Shown here piece after piece: positions 1 through 12,490 of a stretch of DNA of 64,000 nt. A model generated the notes under the pieces. It searched no databases and was not told where the DNA came from. It worked only from the letters and a program-made list of their open reading frames with translations. The stretch comes from Amphiscolops sp. MND2022 (lineage: Eukaryota). How positions within the stretch are numbered: the stretch's first letter is position 1; every line of letters starts with the position of its first letter. The DNA lies in contig OZ076419.1 in NCBI GenBank assembly GCA_964187785.1, forward strand, positions 34,410,001-34,474,000, given 5' to 3'. A program made the translations under genes and the position numbers.

Positions 1-559
1 CCGTCGATGCAACTTGAATGCATCACACACTACTTCATCTACAATCCAATTATTGACCAACTCGATCATTAAGGACCAACTGTATCATTTTTGACCAAAT
101 CGATCATATGACTCGATCCTATTGAGCAACTGTCAGCAATACAGTCGGAGAAGGCAACATCCCGAACTGCGCTGCTGAACATGTTCCCGTTACCACAACG
201 CCGTCACTGCCAGACAATCAATCAACGCCAACCCACTTTCCCAGCAAAGATCCGCAAATATATTCCTACAAACAGCTATGATTACTGTCGGCAATAAAGT
301 GGAATTTGTTTTTAAATACAAATGCAGTAGTGGGAAATGTAATGTAATTGTACATGATTTACTACACGAAGCTCACTGAATTTTCTAGGTTTCAAGAAAA
401 ATTACCCACGTATGCAGGCCTGTAGCATGTAAAAAATTTATACAGTTTCAACTAGGGCACTGTCTTCAATTTTGTTCATTTTTAAACTATTCAGTTCAAT
501 AGTTTCCATTTCCCATTTTCTTTTTTGTAGTTATCGAAAACACCTCGGTCCACTACAAT

Positions 560-1260
560 AGACAAATAACTCCTGCTTCATCGCTTGCCATAACTGATGA
601 TTCCTTACCCTAGTGGCACTGTTTTTCGGTTTCTTTACGAATATCAACAATCAGGAGACGAAGGTGACTCAATATGTGTAAGTGGTAGCATTCAATTCCG
701 GAAATGTTGTTATAACAGCCTTGTTTTTGTGTTAACTTTAGTACCATGCGTCGGCCGCTCGATAAGTCTTTTCAAATTTTCCGGTTGAAACTCCCAATGA
801 CCAGGTAAGTGGGTCAATAGCATACCAATTCAACTGTATCTCGAAACTCTGGAGGAAAGATCATCTTGGACTATGCATTGCAAGCGCTCACATCTACAGA
901 GTGGCTGCATCAACTCTACAAAGAACTGTTGCTCGATACCCATTTGCAAAACATCTTCATCAGCCTTTCCTAAGGTTTCTGTGCTGTTAAGGAACTGAAA
1001 AAGGTGTAATGTTTTGCTAGTGATGATATGCTTCTCATCAATACGACTGACAGCTATAAGCAAAATGGGCGCATGTAAAGTGTTGCGATATTCAGCGAGG
1101 AGCAAGAACCAGGCGCGAACGTTTTTCTTCTCAAAGGTGATTTGTGCAGCTGAGAAAGCATGGGTATCAATAACAACTATTGGTGTTATTACCTGTGTGT
1201 TTACTTAGTGGAGTCTTGGTTCTAATCCTCTCATTGCAAAGTGTGTTCGACATGAATCTC
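560..1260 (-). mobile_element. Decayed Ty3/Gypsy-like integrase C-terminal remnant
   Basis: Broken minus-strand reading gives FRTHFAMRGLEP and WFLLLAEYRNTLHA, resembling Gypsy integrase LRxxFARxGLP and FLLxYRNTPH, plus an RNRKTVP tail; many stops. Boundaries approximate. Confidence 0.45.
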
Positions 1261-2043
1261 AACATCGATTGATGAAAATTAGACTTTCAGAGGTACCAAT
1301 TTTTTTGTAGACGATGACCTTACTCCCCACCGCGATATCAAAACACGAATGTTGAGAAAAATGTTTTTTCAAGTCGGCAATAGTCTATAGATTTAAAAAA
1401 CCAAACCGGTTTTTGGCGCATGGCTTGCCAAGGTAAATGGTAGTGTTAAGAGTAAGGTAAATGGTTAAGAGTGTCGAAAGAAGCATCAGGAGCATGACTG
1501 AGAACATCAAACAAGCATAGTTAGCAAAACTGGGAAAACGAACTGTCTGCAAAAGACTGAAAAAGAACTTCTATTAGATCTTTGGGATATATTATGAATG
1601 AATTTTCATTCCTTTGTATGCTAAATTTTAAATGACCTGCAGCGGTGACTACGAAATAAATCCAGTTGACTAAATCACAAAAATGGACAACATTTCTACC
1701 TCATCGTCTCAAATTTAGATCCGTTTTTTGGTGAAGAAAATAAAATGAGCTCCGTTTCGCTAGGCAGGTGACGCGTCGTTCAGCTTCTGGCAAATGACAG
1801 AAAAAAACAGTTGTTGTCTTGAAAAAATTCTAATTACAAATTGGTCTTTGTAACGTATCAACAGTCGATAACTCATGGTAGATCTTCTGATTTTCATTTT
1901 GATTGATTACATCAAGATTGTGTGTTCTAAACTCCATGAAATGCGTTTCCAAAAACAATTAATAGCTTACACTAAGAGTGCAGGAATACAAAAACCCTAG
2001 AAAATTTTTAAAAAGTGACAACATTCAAAGGCTGTAAAGATTA

Positions 2044-2545
2044 CCAGAAATTTCGTCGTCAGAAATTTCGTCGCAAGAAATTTCGTCGTCGGAAGATTCG
2101 TCGTCGGAAATTTCGTCGTCGGTGATTACGTTCTATAAAACGTCGCATTTTCTTTAATCTATTAGGAAATTATGTCTATTATTCTGACAAAAAAGCAAAA
2201 ATTTCCCTTGGAGCAAGCTTGAATTGTATTGTAAAGCCCCGGTAAGTAGTTCCACCGGTAGGACTGAAAATATACCATTGCTTAATAAGCGTCTTGATGA
2301 GTTTATTGAATGCAATTAACTTTTTGACTCAATTTTGGTGTCAAAATGAAACTTGTTCTTAAGATCTCATTTTAAGAATTGTATAATTCAAATGATATCT
2401 TTTGGTGAACGCTGTTATTCTAATCAATACGACGAAATTTCCGACGACGAATTTTCTGACGACAAAATTTCTGGATTTGCTAATACGACGAAATTTCTTA
2501 CGACGAAATTTCTGGCGACGAAATTTCCGCCTCCCGGTAAAGCAA
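2044..2545. mobile_element. Foldback/MITE-like element with inverted arrays of a ~15-nt GAAATTTCGTCGTCN repeat
   Basis: Left array (gaaatttcgtcgtc)n at 2044-2125 and inverted array (gacgaaattt)n at 2425-2535 ending gacgaaatttccgcctcccgg. The same family occurs at 24058-25592 and from 32041. Confidence 0.7.
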
Positions 2546-3327
2546 TTTGAAAGAGGGCAGTATGTGATCTCACTTGGGCATTATAAATGCTCAAACAAGG
2601 CGCAATTCCTCTCAATTTCTATGCGGAACTCACCAAATGTTTTGTCGGAGAATATGTTTTGATCACGCGTTGCAAATTGGTGACGCAAACTAAACTCGGC
2701 TTCCAATGAGATACCAAAAACAAAATTTTTGAAAGTTCAATTTCTTTGCAATTTCAAAAAAATTCTAGTCGTTGGATAGACACGTCGTTACAATCAATCA
2801 AACCTTATATTTTGTTGCAATGATTGTTTGAGTTCTTGGGAAAATATGCATACCGATGACACAGAGCTCGAACCATCTCTTCTGTGCTCGTATCAAACAA
2901 TCCTATCTTTTGTTTGCCTAATTTCATTGCATGTCCCTGTCTTGAGATTTGAAAAACGTTATTTTTTTGGGGGGGGGGGGGGTGGTTGTCTTGTATTAGC
3001 GAAAGAGTACTGGCAAGAAGATGAGAACTTTTAATCAACTGAATTCCCGATAATTTATCAAATATTTCAAAAAAGATAGGGGGAAAAGACTGTTGAAAAA
3101 CCTTTGCGGAAGAGGATCTCATTCCAACGTGGCAAAAGTATAAAGAAATAGATGCTCAATGCCAAATAAAAAAATAATCATACTATTTTCAGTTCTATTG
3201 AAGTTAAATTTAACCCGCGCCGTCGAAAACTTCACCTCGAACAAACGTGAGCACCAAGAAATCTGGTTTTATTTCGTTCCAGCAACTGATTACTTCAAAT
3301 CAGGTTTTTCTTCACCAAAAACATTTT

Positions 3328-3751
3328 TCAATGATTGTGTTTTTCCCGGCGTGTTGTTCTCCACAGCCAATTTCGGAATTCGGCAGCTGTTGTGAAAATA
3401 CCGGGAAAATGAGCATCCATGCAATTCGGCGCAATGTAGCTGGAGATACCCATGATGCATGATGCCTTGTCTGGTGGTTTATATACAATGGGTCCCCCCG
3501 CGTCCCCATGGCAAGCATAGGTCCGATGTGGGTGACCGAAGCAAGATTGAATTTCAGGGATGATTAGAGGATTCACTCGCTGATAAAACCCGCAATCATA
3601 GATTCTAAACAAGGTTGCTTCCATCAGTTGGTTAGGTTGTAAGTCCGGGGTTTGGCTAACCAACCCTAGGCCGAGGAAAATCCCAAAAGTATAGTTTGAT
3701 CTCTTACACAATGGTAAAGCAGATCTGCTAGAACTCTTATCCACCTCAAAC
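3328..3751 (-). CDS. Trypsin-like serine protease homolog, last exon (non-catalytic, GDAGGP)
   Basis: ALPLC...CFG...ACHGDAGGPIV...CIMGISSY...C...PGIFT is the chymotrypsin-fold C-terminal half. The acceptor gatag|G at 3751 is phase-compatible with the upstream exon; alternative acceptors are possible. Confidence 0.85.
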
Positions 3752-4009
3752 CTATCGCTAGGGCAACCCAAATTAATATCTGATGCAAGACTTCACTTGC
3801 ACGCGAGACAAGGGTTTTGTTAGCAAAATTCACTACAAAACGGCACAATACTGTAACCTGGAACATACTTTTTCGTGGTTTCGAGAAAAAAAACTTTTGG
3901 TACTCCTGACTAAGTTTGATCACAAGCGATTTCTCCTTACTAAGTGTGGTCCTTATAATGTGAGTGTGGTCCCTGCTTATTTTGTCGGAATAATTATTAT
4001 AACGTAGTC

Positions 4010-4140
4010 AGCTATGTTCACATACCCATAAATGCAGGAAATGCAGGAGCGGAGCGACGTGCCATATGACCATGCCTCAAAGTTGCTACTTGGCGAAGGG
4101 AGCGAAGCGACCGAGCCATACAACAAATATGCTAACCTCT
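4010..4140. repeat. Interspersed repeat with GCAGGAGCGNAGCGACGTG motif
   Basis: tcagctatg...aaatgcaggagcg(g/a)a..gcgacgtg recurs at ~52225-52290. Confidence 0.5.
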
Positions 4141-4269
4141 TCAAATCAAGTTCCATACATACTGGTTGTAACAGCACGAAAAGCTACTAAATTGAATTCT
4201 GCTGGTGTGAACATGTAATTCAGCAATTCTAAATTTGCTAGGGACCACACACAGTCAGGAGTTTTTAGG

Positions 4270-4718
4270 CCGGCTGCATAAATTTTGTAGGGACCACACT
4301 TACGCAGTGCAGCAGTTGAAAAAACCGGCATTATTGGCTGCCGATGTTCAAACCAGCACATCTGACGTCTTTGCAGGAGATTTTCTCAAAAAAAGACGCA
4401 TTGAAAATAAACTGTTTTGCCAGAAGCTATATGTCTACCAAGTTTGTTTTGCCAACTTCAAATTTGGTGGAAAGATTGTTCAGCACGACCGGAATGGCTC
4501 TTGACTCTTTTAGGGCTAACATCAATCCGGTGAATCTTGAAATGCAGATTTTTCTTAAGATAAATAAGAAGTTCTGGGATCAAGAACTCGTAACAAAATG
4601 CGCCAATTAATTGCAATTAATTGCAATAAATGATTGTTACAAACTAGCAATTACAATTATTTGATTGGTAAACCCTATACTTGATTGTTGTGAAAAAATT
4701 AATTTTTGACAGCCCCTG
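4270..4718 (+). mobile_element. hAT transposon right-end remnant with dimerisation-domain fragment
   Basis: PTSNLVERLFS...NLEMQIFLKINKKFW is the hAT C-terminal dimerisation motif; caatt-rich subterminal repeats; end ...acagcccctg. Confidence 0.75.
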
Positions 4719-5211
4719 ACAATAGTTGGATATGAGTGCTCACATGAATACGGACTGTTCCAAAGAGGAGATCGTTAGAAAATTTCCTTCGCTTAACTAA
4801 TAATTGGTTAACGGAAGCGAAATTGATTCCAATAGATCTGAGAAAACTATCAAGCTATAAAGTTAAAAAGCTCATCACAAGTATAACTTCGAACTATGTA
4901 GTCGATAACAAGCATCTCTTTGCATATTACTTTGAACAAGAATCATGCTGATAATGAAGTTTTTTTCGGTAGTAGTGCTTGAGGTAAGCAAAGTCCTTGA
5001 GGGAGGAAATAATTTTAAAATATTTTTGAAAAACATTTCTGATTTTGGTTCTTCATACAGGACCTTTGACGAGCCAATAGGCTCTTTTCCTGTCCAGACT
5101 TCTTTTCTTTTCATGAATCAGTTGATCATGACTAGGAAATCAAACACATTGAAACCAAGGTCTTTCCGTGTTCAAAAATAATATATAGCTGACTTTTTTG
5201 GATTGCCCCAC

Positions 5212-5467
5212 CTTTCATATAGCCTTATCAATGCTATATCAAATGGTGCTGGTAAGCCATCCATGTTGTGATGATTTTGTTCGTGAATAGAATAAAAATG
5301 AACAGAACGCGAAACGCCTCGCCAACTGTTTGGAGTTGAAAAGTTTCCTTGAAAAACAGAAATTTCCTTGTCGAAAGCCCATCTGTTTTGTTCTTGATTG
5401 TACAAGCAGCTAGCAGCTGTCACGAGAGTTAATTTGAACACAAAAGTACCGCCACATCGGTTGGTAC
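5212..5467 (-). CDS. Serine protease homolog, internal exon (CGG...TAASC, DIAL)
   Basis: Acceptor aacag|GT; translation RCGGTFVFKLTLVTAASCLY...PFDIALIRLYE; donor AG|gtgggg. A further upstream exon probably lies at ~5520-5620 but was not resolved. Confidence 0.8.
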
Positions 5468-6088
5468 CTGTTCGTAGGGGTGTAAAAAAACTTCGAATTT
5501 AAAGAGATTTGTGGTAAATACAACAATGTTCGTCGGCGAGGTTCATGCAATAAACAGTGCTGTGATAAAAGAATGGAATCACTGTTTGGTTATGGCGTTC
5601 GGAACGTCTTATGATTTTATAAGCTCCACAAAACTGATAATTCTGAATTCTGAATATTATAAAACCAAAAGATAATCGGATATTTCTCTAGTTTCCGTTT
5701 CTCTGTTTTTAGAATTCTTGCCACCAGAATGAGACAAGTTTGCAAAAAATGAATTTCTTAATGTAATAAATGAGAAGATCGTCTTCAGTGCATAAATTAA
5801 GAGCAGAAAGCTATTATTTTCAAGCAGCTTCTTGAAATTCTTCAAGATGTTCAACATTACCTAATTACACTTCAAAATTTTGAGCGCCCTCGTGTTTAGA
5901 TGTAAAGAGTTGATAAACAATCCCCAAGATGCAGTTCTATACTCAATCTTAATTCATAAAATGATATTTTTTTTCAATTTTTTCGGACATGTAAAAACTA
6001 AGGATCTCGAAATTTGACAGTGCAATCAGTAGAAAATGATGAATTCGAAGATTCAAGAACACACAACTGAACGTGTCGCTAAAAAACA

Positions 6089-6612
6089 CAACAAGCCGGG
6101 AACGGCCCAAGTCGGCGCCATATCTAAGGCTCAAAAATAGCAAAAGGACTTCAAAGTGTCAAGTACTCTCCTCTACAGTACCCAAAAAAAATTCCAAAAA
6201 TTTTTTGAATTTTTTTGAAGTTTCTGGTAAGTCGCATTGTACCGAAAAATGTAAAAGGGGCCCTTTGGCTGTTTTTCAACATCCATTCTTTTGCAAAATA
6301 GGAAAAAATGAAGGGTGGACCCTTCGGAGACATTAAAAAAATTGCGAAAAAAAGTCTCACAAAGCCGAAAACAATCTACACAAAAAAAATTTGGTCAAGG
6401 GCGGGACTCGGACCCATGTCCTTCCGCTTGGCAGACCTCAAAAAGCCGTAGCCTCTATGCCAGTGTGGTTTAGTGTTAGTGCCAGACAATGTTAGTGCCA
6501 GACAGCAGTGTTAGTGCTTACTTATAAAATTTATAAAATCTGTCAGTTCGTTGGTCTTAAAAAAAGTCACTACTATAGTCTGCGTTTTTCTTCGAAAAGC
6601 GCCGACTAAAAA
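6089..6612 (-). mobile_element. Helentron-associated non-autonomous element (HINE family 1) with internal tRNA-like module
   Basis: On the minus strand the 5' end is TTTTAGTCGGCGC and the 3' end is GCGCCGACT-TGG-hairpin GCCG-TTCC-CGGC-TTGTT. Paralogs at 40658, 42775, 43700 and 49364. Confidence 0.7.
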
Positions 6613-7253
6613 TCGGAATCTCGTGACACAACCCATTCTTGAATCACAGGTCTGAAGTTATTGAAGGAGGTCGAGTAGTGGCCAAGCAACTAATACATTG
6701 TTTAGCGTTTGTAAACGCAGGAAAGAATAGTTCAACCCCGTCTAGTCGATTCACCCGCCTAGTCGAGACAGTTGGAAGTTTTTCCATACTGCCTGCTGAG
6801 TGTTACTTTTATGTTTATAAAACATAGAAAATTCAGTGAAGTTCTGAGCGTAAGCCTTGTGAAGTTACACTGCAGTTTACACTATTGTATTTGAATTGCA
6901 ATTTACACGTATTGTAATTGAAATAATTTTCGTTGCCGACACCATCATGTGGTATTCACACTTCGTTTTCTCAGCTTTTCATCTCATGGGATTACGCTAA
7001 ACATGTTATTTTACAGTATAATACGTGAATGAAGTTCTTTTGCAATAAAATGGCGGCAAGATTGACAGTTACTTAATTACTTTTTAAATTAGGACTGTTT
7101 CTTAATGAACCTGCGAACCTTCGAAGCCTACAATAGCCGTCAAGTTTTGTATGTTTCTCTCCAGTATGTTGTATTTCATCAGAATAAGTATCAATAAGAT
7201 GCAGTTCGCTCGTAAAAAGGTATTCTTTCGTGTGGACTTAATAGAATTATAAT

Positions 7254-8169
7254 CAGGGGTGTTAAAAATAATTGTAGGTCACAATAATTGCAATAATATT
7301 GTATACAATATTTGTTTTCACAACATTATCAAATACAAAATATTGTATGATTTTTTGCAATAATTGTTTTACATTAAGTATAATGTGTACACAACCACCA
7401 CACAACCACGCCATGACACGCTATGCGCACACGCGGCCGCGGAAACACAGTATTTGGCTTTTCTAGCAGCCGACAACGAAAATCTCAACAAAGCCATTGC
7501 CAATGAACTGAATATCCCACTTCTTGGATGCGATTCCCATCGAAGAATTCAAACAAAGGATCTCTTTCACTATGCCCCCACCCTACACTCTTTCACTGGT
7601 TACACTATGTCCACCCTAGATAAAAGAAAGATTTGTGGCTCATTTACATTTATCTCTTCGTCATTAAAATATGCAATACATGTATTCAATGGTGTTTCAG
7701 TTCGTCCCCCTTTTTTGCTCTAGGGGGGACATAGTGAAAGAGATCCCAAAAAATTACATCACGTGTCCTTTCGATGAACGTTGCATGAATTATCCTGAAC
7801 TTGAACATTATCTTGGGCAACCAGCTTCAAGAATTGTGCATTCTCTTGTTCTTGAAAGAGCGATGTGCAAATACTTTACGACAGATCCCCTCAGCTACGA
7901 TGAAAAATTGATTTTGAGCAAGAGCTTTGGGGGAAGTGCAACTGAAGAAGCGCTGACAACTTCAACCACCGTTGAAGCCACTTCTTTTGCGGAACCAATA
8001 CTTAAGGCCAAGGCCCCGAAGATCTGTCGCGTAGAATTGATTTTTCAAACAAACTTTTTCATAGACAATAATTGCAATTATTGCACTCATTGTTCTACCA
8101 AAATCCAGAATAACAGTATATTGTTTTATGTCTCACAATAGTATTGCAATACAAAATTTAACACCCTTG
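7254..8169 (+). mobile_element. Internally deleted hAT transposon
   Basis: TIR CAGGGGTGTTAAA / TTTAACACCCTTG; perfect 8-bp TSD ATTATAAT (7246-7253, 8170-8177); transposase relics ADNENLNKAIANELNIPLLGCDSH; empty-site paralog at ~21395-21570. Confidence 0.9.
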
Positions 8170-8454
8170 ATTATAATGGATGTTCAAGAATATACAAGAG
8201 TCAATGGTTTAACTAAAAGGTTGGCAGGTACTTTGCCGTCTATATGTAAGTCTGACATTTACGGTCTGATCTTAATTGAATGACATCTATCACATAACAG
8301 CGTGATGAAAGTCGAAAACAACGGGAACGTTTTCGCCTGAGTTTCCATAAGAGTTTTAGAAAAGCACAGGAAATGTTGCTGGCAACATTAAGATGCAGTC
8401 AAAAAGTTGAAGCAATTTCAACAACGCCCTATATTCATTAGACAACACATTTAA

Positions 8455-8750
8455 ACACAGAGGCGAAGCGGTGCTTCGCAACACATGACGAAGACAACGA
8501 TTATTTTAATATGCGTATATATATTATTTTAATCGCATGCGTATATATTCAACAGTTCAACTTTATTCAATAACGTCCTTATGGCACAGTGGTTAACACT
8601 TATGCCGCGCAATCGGGAGGCTGCAGGTTCGAATCTCTCTGGGGTTTTGGCTTTTCTCTAAAAGGCGCTTATTATGAAGTTGGCTATTGTGGAAAAAAAA
8701 CTTTCTTAGCTGGACTGCAATGCACATTGACTTCGTCATGTGCAATATTC
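8455..8750 (-). mobile_element. HINE family 2 with antisense tRNA-like module
   Basis: Inverted 12-mers CACATGACGAAG (8482-8493) and CTTCGTCATGTG (8731-8742); hairpin GCGAAGC-GGT-GCTTCGC (8463-8479); related end at ~42640-42680. Confidence 0.65.
8575..8646 (+). other. tRNA-derived Pol III A/B-box module (SINE head or tRNA pseudogene)
   Basis: TGGCACAGTGGTTAA A-box and GGTTCGAATC B-box; acceptor and anticodon stems do not pair properly. Confidence 0.7.
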
Positions 8751-8973
8751 ATAAATGTCTCACCCGAATCAACAAAATAACAAATAAAGTTGACTACCTT
8801 CTGCCTAATTTGACTCCGCTTCAATTTGATTGAAAGGTTAATGCCATAAAATGAACAGTTGTATAAACAGTTGTCATTAACCTGTGGGAAGAAATTAGTT
8901 CGGGATGAAATGAACATGTGGTGAAATGATACTAAACCAAGAAAACTTTTGATTGTCTTGTTAACAATTTATT

Positions 8974-9781
8974 CCCATGTTGAGCACTCCCAGTGAATCT
9001 GTACAGATTTGTACACATCCTGACAGATATTCAAGGATTTGTCGAAAATTTACTAATCATAAATACAGTTTTGAAAAGGAAATTAGTTGATTAAAAATTA
9101 CTTTACAAGATAAAAACGTCTCTTAATTGGAGTTTTGAAAAAATTCTGTGCGAATCTGTACAGATCTGTACAGATCCTGACAGATGTTCCAGGATTTGTC
9201 GAAACTTAACCATACGAAAACGGCCAATAAAATACTATAACGTATTCCAAGTTTCCACCAATTACTAAAACTACTCCAGCAAACCATGTTTCCGAAATAT
9301 TACAACAACAGCACTTTATCAACACCTCTACCAACCCAAATAGTGGCCGCGAGTCTAATTTCATCCGTCAAAACGAAGTCAATATGGCAGACGAGCCTCT
9401 CAAATTTGAACAATCACTTCTGGGAAGTACGAGTGAAATAGATAAATTAGTGTGTGGCCAACACCAAATATACCCAGACACCAAAACTACCGTGTTGGGG
9501 ACAAGCTTTCCTGCTCAAGAATTTTGAGTGTTGGAGAGTTTCAACTGACTGAACTTTGATCAGCAAAAATACTTGTTGAAAAAGCCCAAAAATGCAATAC
9601 ATTATTTCCCAGAAGCTCCAGAGAAATTTTCCTGAAAAATCTGTACACAAAATCTTTGAACATCTTCAAAGATCCTGGCAGATCTGCAGTTGTCCTTACG
9701 TAGCAGTGGCACGATCTTTACAGATCCTCAAAGAAAAAAGGCTCAGATCTGTACAGATTCTCAAGGAAAGCTCAACATGGG
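8974..9781. mobile_element. ~810-bp MITE with CCCATGTTGAGC TIRs
   Basis: cccatgttgagc (8974-8985) and gctcaacatggg (9770-9781); internal gatctgtacagat subrepeats; TSD not clear. Confidence 0.65.
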
Positions 9782-9966
9782 TTACAATTGAGATGAATTA
9801 AAATTTTTGTTCCGTTCTCGTGGTTCGCGTAGCAAGCATCGTTTGATCATCAAATTGGTAAGAGACACGTTTTAATAATTAAAATCTGAGTCGAAATGAA
9901 TGTGGGGTGAAATGATGGTGAACATAATTTCGCTTCTATTCTTGCATCAATTTTCAATGAAAAACA

Positions 9967-10199
9967 GGATCTTTTCTGTTAATTCCCCCCACCACCACCA
10001 ATTCAATCCCCAACCCCCCCCCCCCAACCCCCCCCCCCCCCCAGTTAAGCGGTCAAGTGAAATTATCATTGAATTAATAGTAACAACCAATCAAATTGCA
10101 GTATTTTATAACTCTAACTGCAACTGAAACTCATCGCTGATAGTGGTGGGGAATTAAAATTTATGCGCTTACTGTGGGGGGAATTGACAGAAACGATCC
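9967..10199. mobile_element. GGATC-terminal MITE with 8-bp TSD
   Basis: TIR GGATCTTTTCTGTTAATTCCCC / GGGGAATTGACAGAAACGATCC; TSD GAAAAACA at 9959-9966 and 10200-10207; further copies at 24850-25058 and ~13975-14140 (partial, inverted). Confidence 0.9.
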
Positions 10200-11899
10200 G
10201 AAAAACAATATTAATCCCTGTTAGTTGGTCCCACTTGGACTTTGCTTCAATTGGATTGTTTGGGATGTTTCTATGGGTTATATGATCCATTTATTTTATG
10301 CCAGCGCTTTACGTCTTGCAGTTTTCATCTTTTCAACTATTTGATTATTTTTTGGTACAATATTCTACACCCCTGCCTCTGAGCACCAGGGCAAAAAAAG
10401 CGTAATCAGGCGCGGGTTCTCCTCCTATAATTCCCAAAACTATCAGTAACTTTGGGGCTAAAAACAACAAAATAAAAGACAATAATAATAAGTTGACCAT
10501 ATTGTTTTACAAAACTAAAGTTTCAAGCAATCGAAATGGCTTCAAAGTAATATATTATTGAACAAAATACAAGAAAGTCTTAGCTGATTCTTTTCAAATG
10601 TTCGTTTGTTTATTTCCTGCAAAATTCTACGTTAGCAAAATTAAACAACTGGGACCTACATCAACTCTTTCAGTGATTCTAAGTGTCTTAGCTATTGAAG
10701 GACAACAAACAATCTAGAGTAAACCAATCATTCAGCAGTCTTTCCTCGTAACCAAGGTTTTTAATTCGAGGTGCTGTATCGCAGGAAAAGATTCACAAAA
10801 GTGTAAGAAATTTTCTGGATTGCTGACACGGGGGTTGGTATGGAAATACGACACATGGTCCACATTGACTGCCAGTTAAAAGTTAAAAGTTGCTCATTAG
10901 ATTTTATCGCGGAGAAAATTCGTGTTGAAATAGGGACCTTTTCATACGATTTTAGCTGGTTCTAAACGTGAATTTTTGCTCTTTTGGACAAAAATATCAA
11001 GAAAAATAGTCATTTTTTTCTGCTGGAAGTGTCAAAACAGCTGTAACAGGGCAAATAAGACACATGGTCCAAACAATTTTATATGGTTACAAATTGAGAA
11101 CGAAAAGTGGAAAAGTGTTTTCGTGTGTATTACGGGACAAGGTGTGCCAGGGAAATAAAAAACATCACAATTTCCAACCACTTTTATAGGGGGAACTGGA
11201 AAAACGTCTAAAGCCCCTACTTTTATATGTGGGGTAGTGACTCCATTACCAAAATACATGTGCATGTATTTGATTTTAAATCAATGAGACAACTCAGCAC
11301 TCGGCCCCTCGATATTTGTGCATGTATAAAAGAACATGTGAACATGCATGCAAATTGAAAGTCACTGAATATTATGCTGTTACGCCACTGGCCACTGAAC
11401 AGCTTCTGAATTCTTAACCAATGAGAAGAGATGAAACAGAACTCGTGTGTCATTATTCTTCTCATGGCATACTGCGTGGTGAACTTATTTCAGATTATAA
11501 TAACTCAGTCGTTGGCAGACAGGAATAAAGCAATTGCACTGCAAAATGAAAGTAACCGAATAGAATGCAGCTTCAATACAGGTCATAAAAGCAGAATCAT
11601 TGTAGATTATCTCTGAGACTGAACACTTAAATAATTGAAAAAATTGTGGCATACAAAATGGAATTACAAATGAAAAGCCACATTCAAAAAGTAATGATCG
11701 ATGGTTTGTATAACTTTAAGCACGTTGGGGTTATTGAGATGACACACACCGTGGTTCACGGCAGACGCCGTGAAATACAATTTCTGATGCAACTAGGGGA
11801 CACTCTACGTTGCAAAAATTTCGAACGCTTATCCTTGAGAGCTTATCCTTGCCACATAAACCTTTAAAAGTACATGTAGTTCCACCATCAGCGGGAAGA

Positions 11900-12198
11900 A
11901 TCTAAAATAATTCCCCACTTTGCACAATAAACTGGAATTGCAGTTAAACTATGGGAAAATGTTTCTTCTTTCAACTGTAATTCTTTCCCCGGGTAATTTG
12001 GAAATGCAACTTTTTCTCAATATGAATAAGGATCTATGGAACGAAGAAGTGGTCAGTCAAATCGGAGCAGGCATTTCTTCAAAGACAAATGATAGCAATT
12101 AATTGCACAATTAATTGCAACTGTTTCAACTATCAATTAATTGATTGTTGTTCAAGTTAAATAATTTTTGCACGTCAATTAATTTTTTTAAATCCCTG
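11900..12198 (+). mobile_element. hAT right-end remnant
   Basis: LSPGNLEMQLFLNMNKDLWNEEVV parallels the 4344-4610 dimerisation fragment; caattaattg repeats; end aaatccctg. Confidence 0.65.
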
Positions 12199-12237
12199 CT
12201 GTGCAATCAATGTTAAAGATTTTATTGCGGGCGATAA

Positions 12238-12490
12238 AGAAACAAGACGCCCGCTAAGCATCGGGATATTTTCCGTCTTCTTCGCCTTCACCAACTGAGC
12301 CATAGCTATTTTGCGAGGGGGGGAATAGGATTTAAAGTATAAGATCTAAAACTTGATGGTTTTAGATCTTATTCCGTTTAGGTATTATTCCCGTCCTGAA
12401 ATTTTAGATCTTACTCCCTTTAGATCTTATTCCCATTTTTACTTTAGATATTATTCAATTACTTTAGATATTATTCAATATGTGTTCAAT
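12238..12490 (-). mobile_element. HINE-like end with hairpin plus TTAGATCTTATTCC minisatellite
   Basis: aacaag followed by imperfect cccg...cggg hairpin, then about six degenerate ttaga(t/c)attattc(c) units. Confidence 0.4.

Noticed and set aside
2044-2545. CRISPR-like short repeat arrays
   Set aside because: Repeats are contiguous without unique spacers, form inverted arms, and lie in eukaryotic DNA with no cas genes.
3159-3462. Plus-strand ORFs opposite the protease
   Set aside because: Antisense shadows of the protease exon and UTR.
8575-8646. Functional tRNA genes here and at 25379, 37228, 40996 and 57895
   Set aside because: A/B boxes are present but acceptor and anticodon stems do not pair; all lie in repeats.
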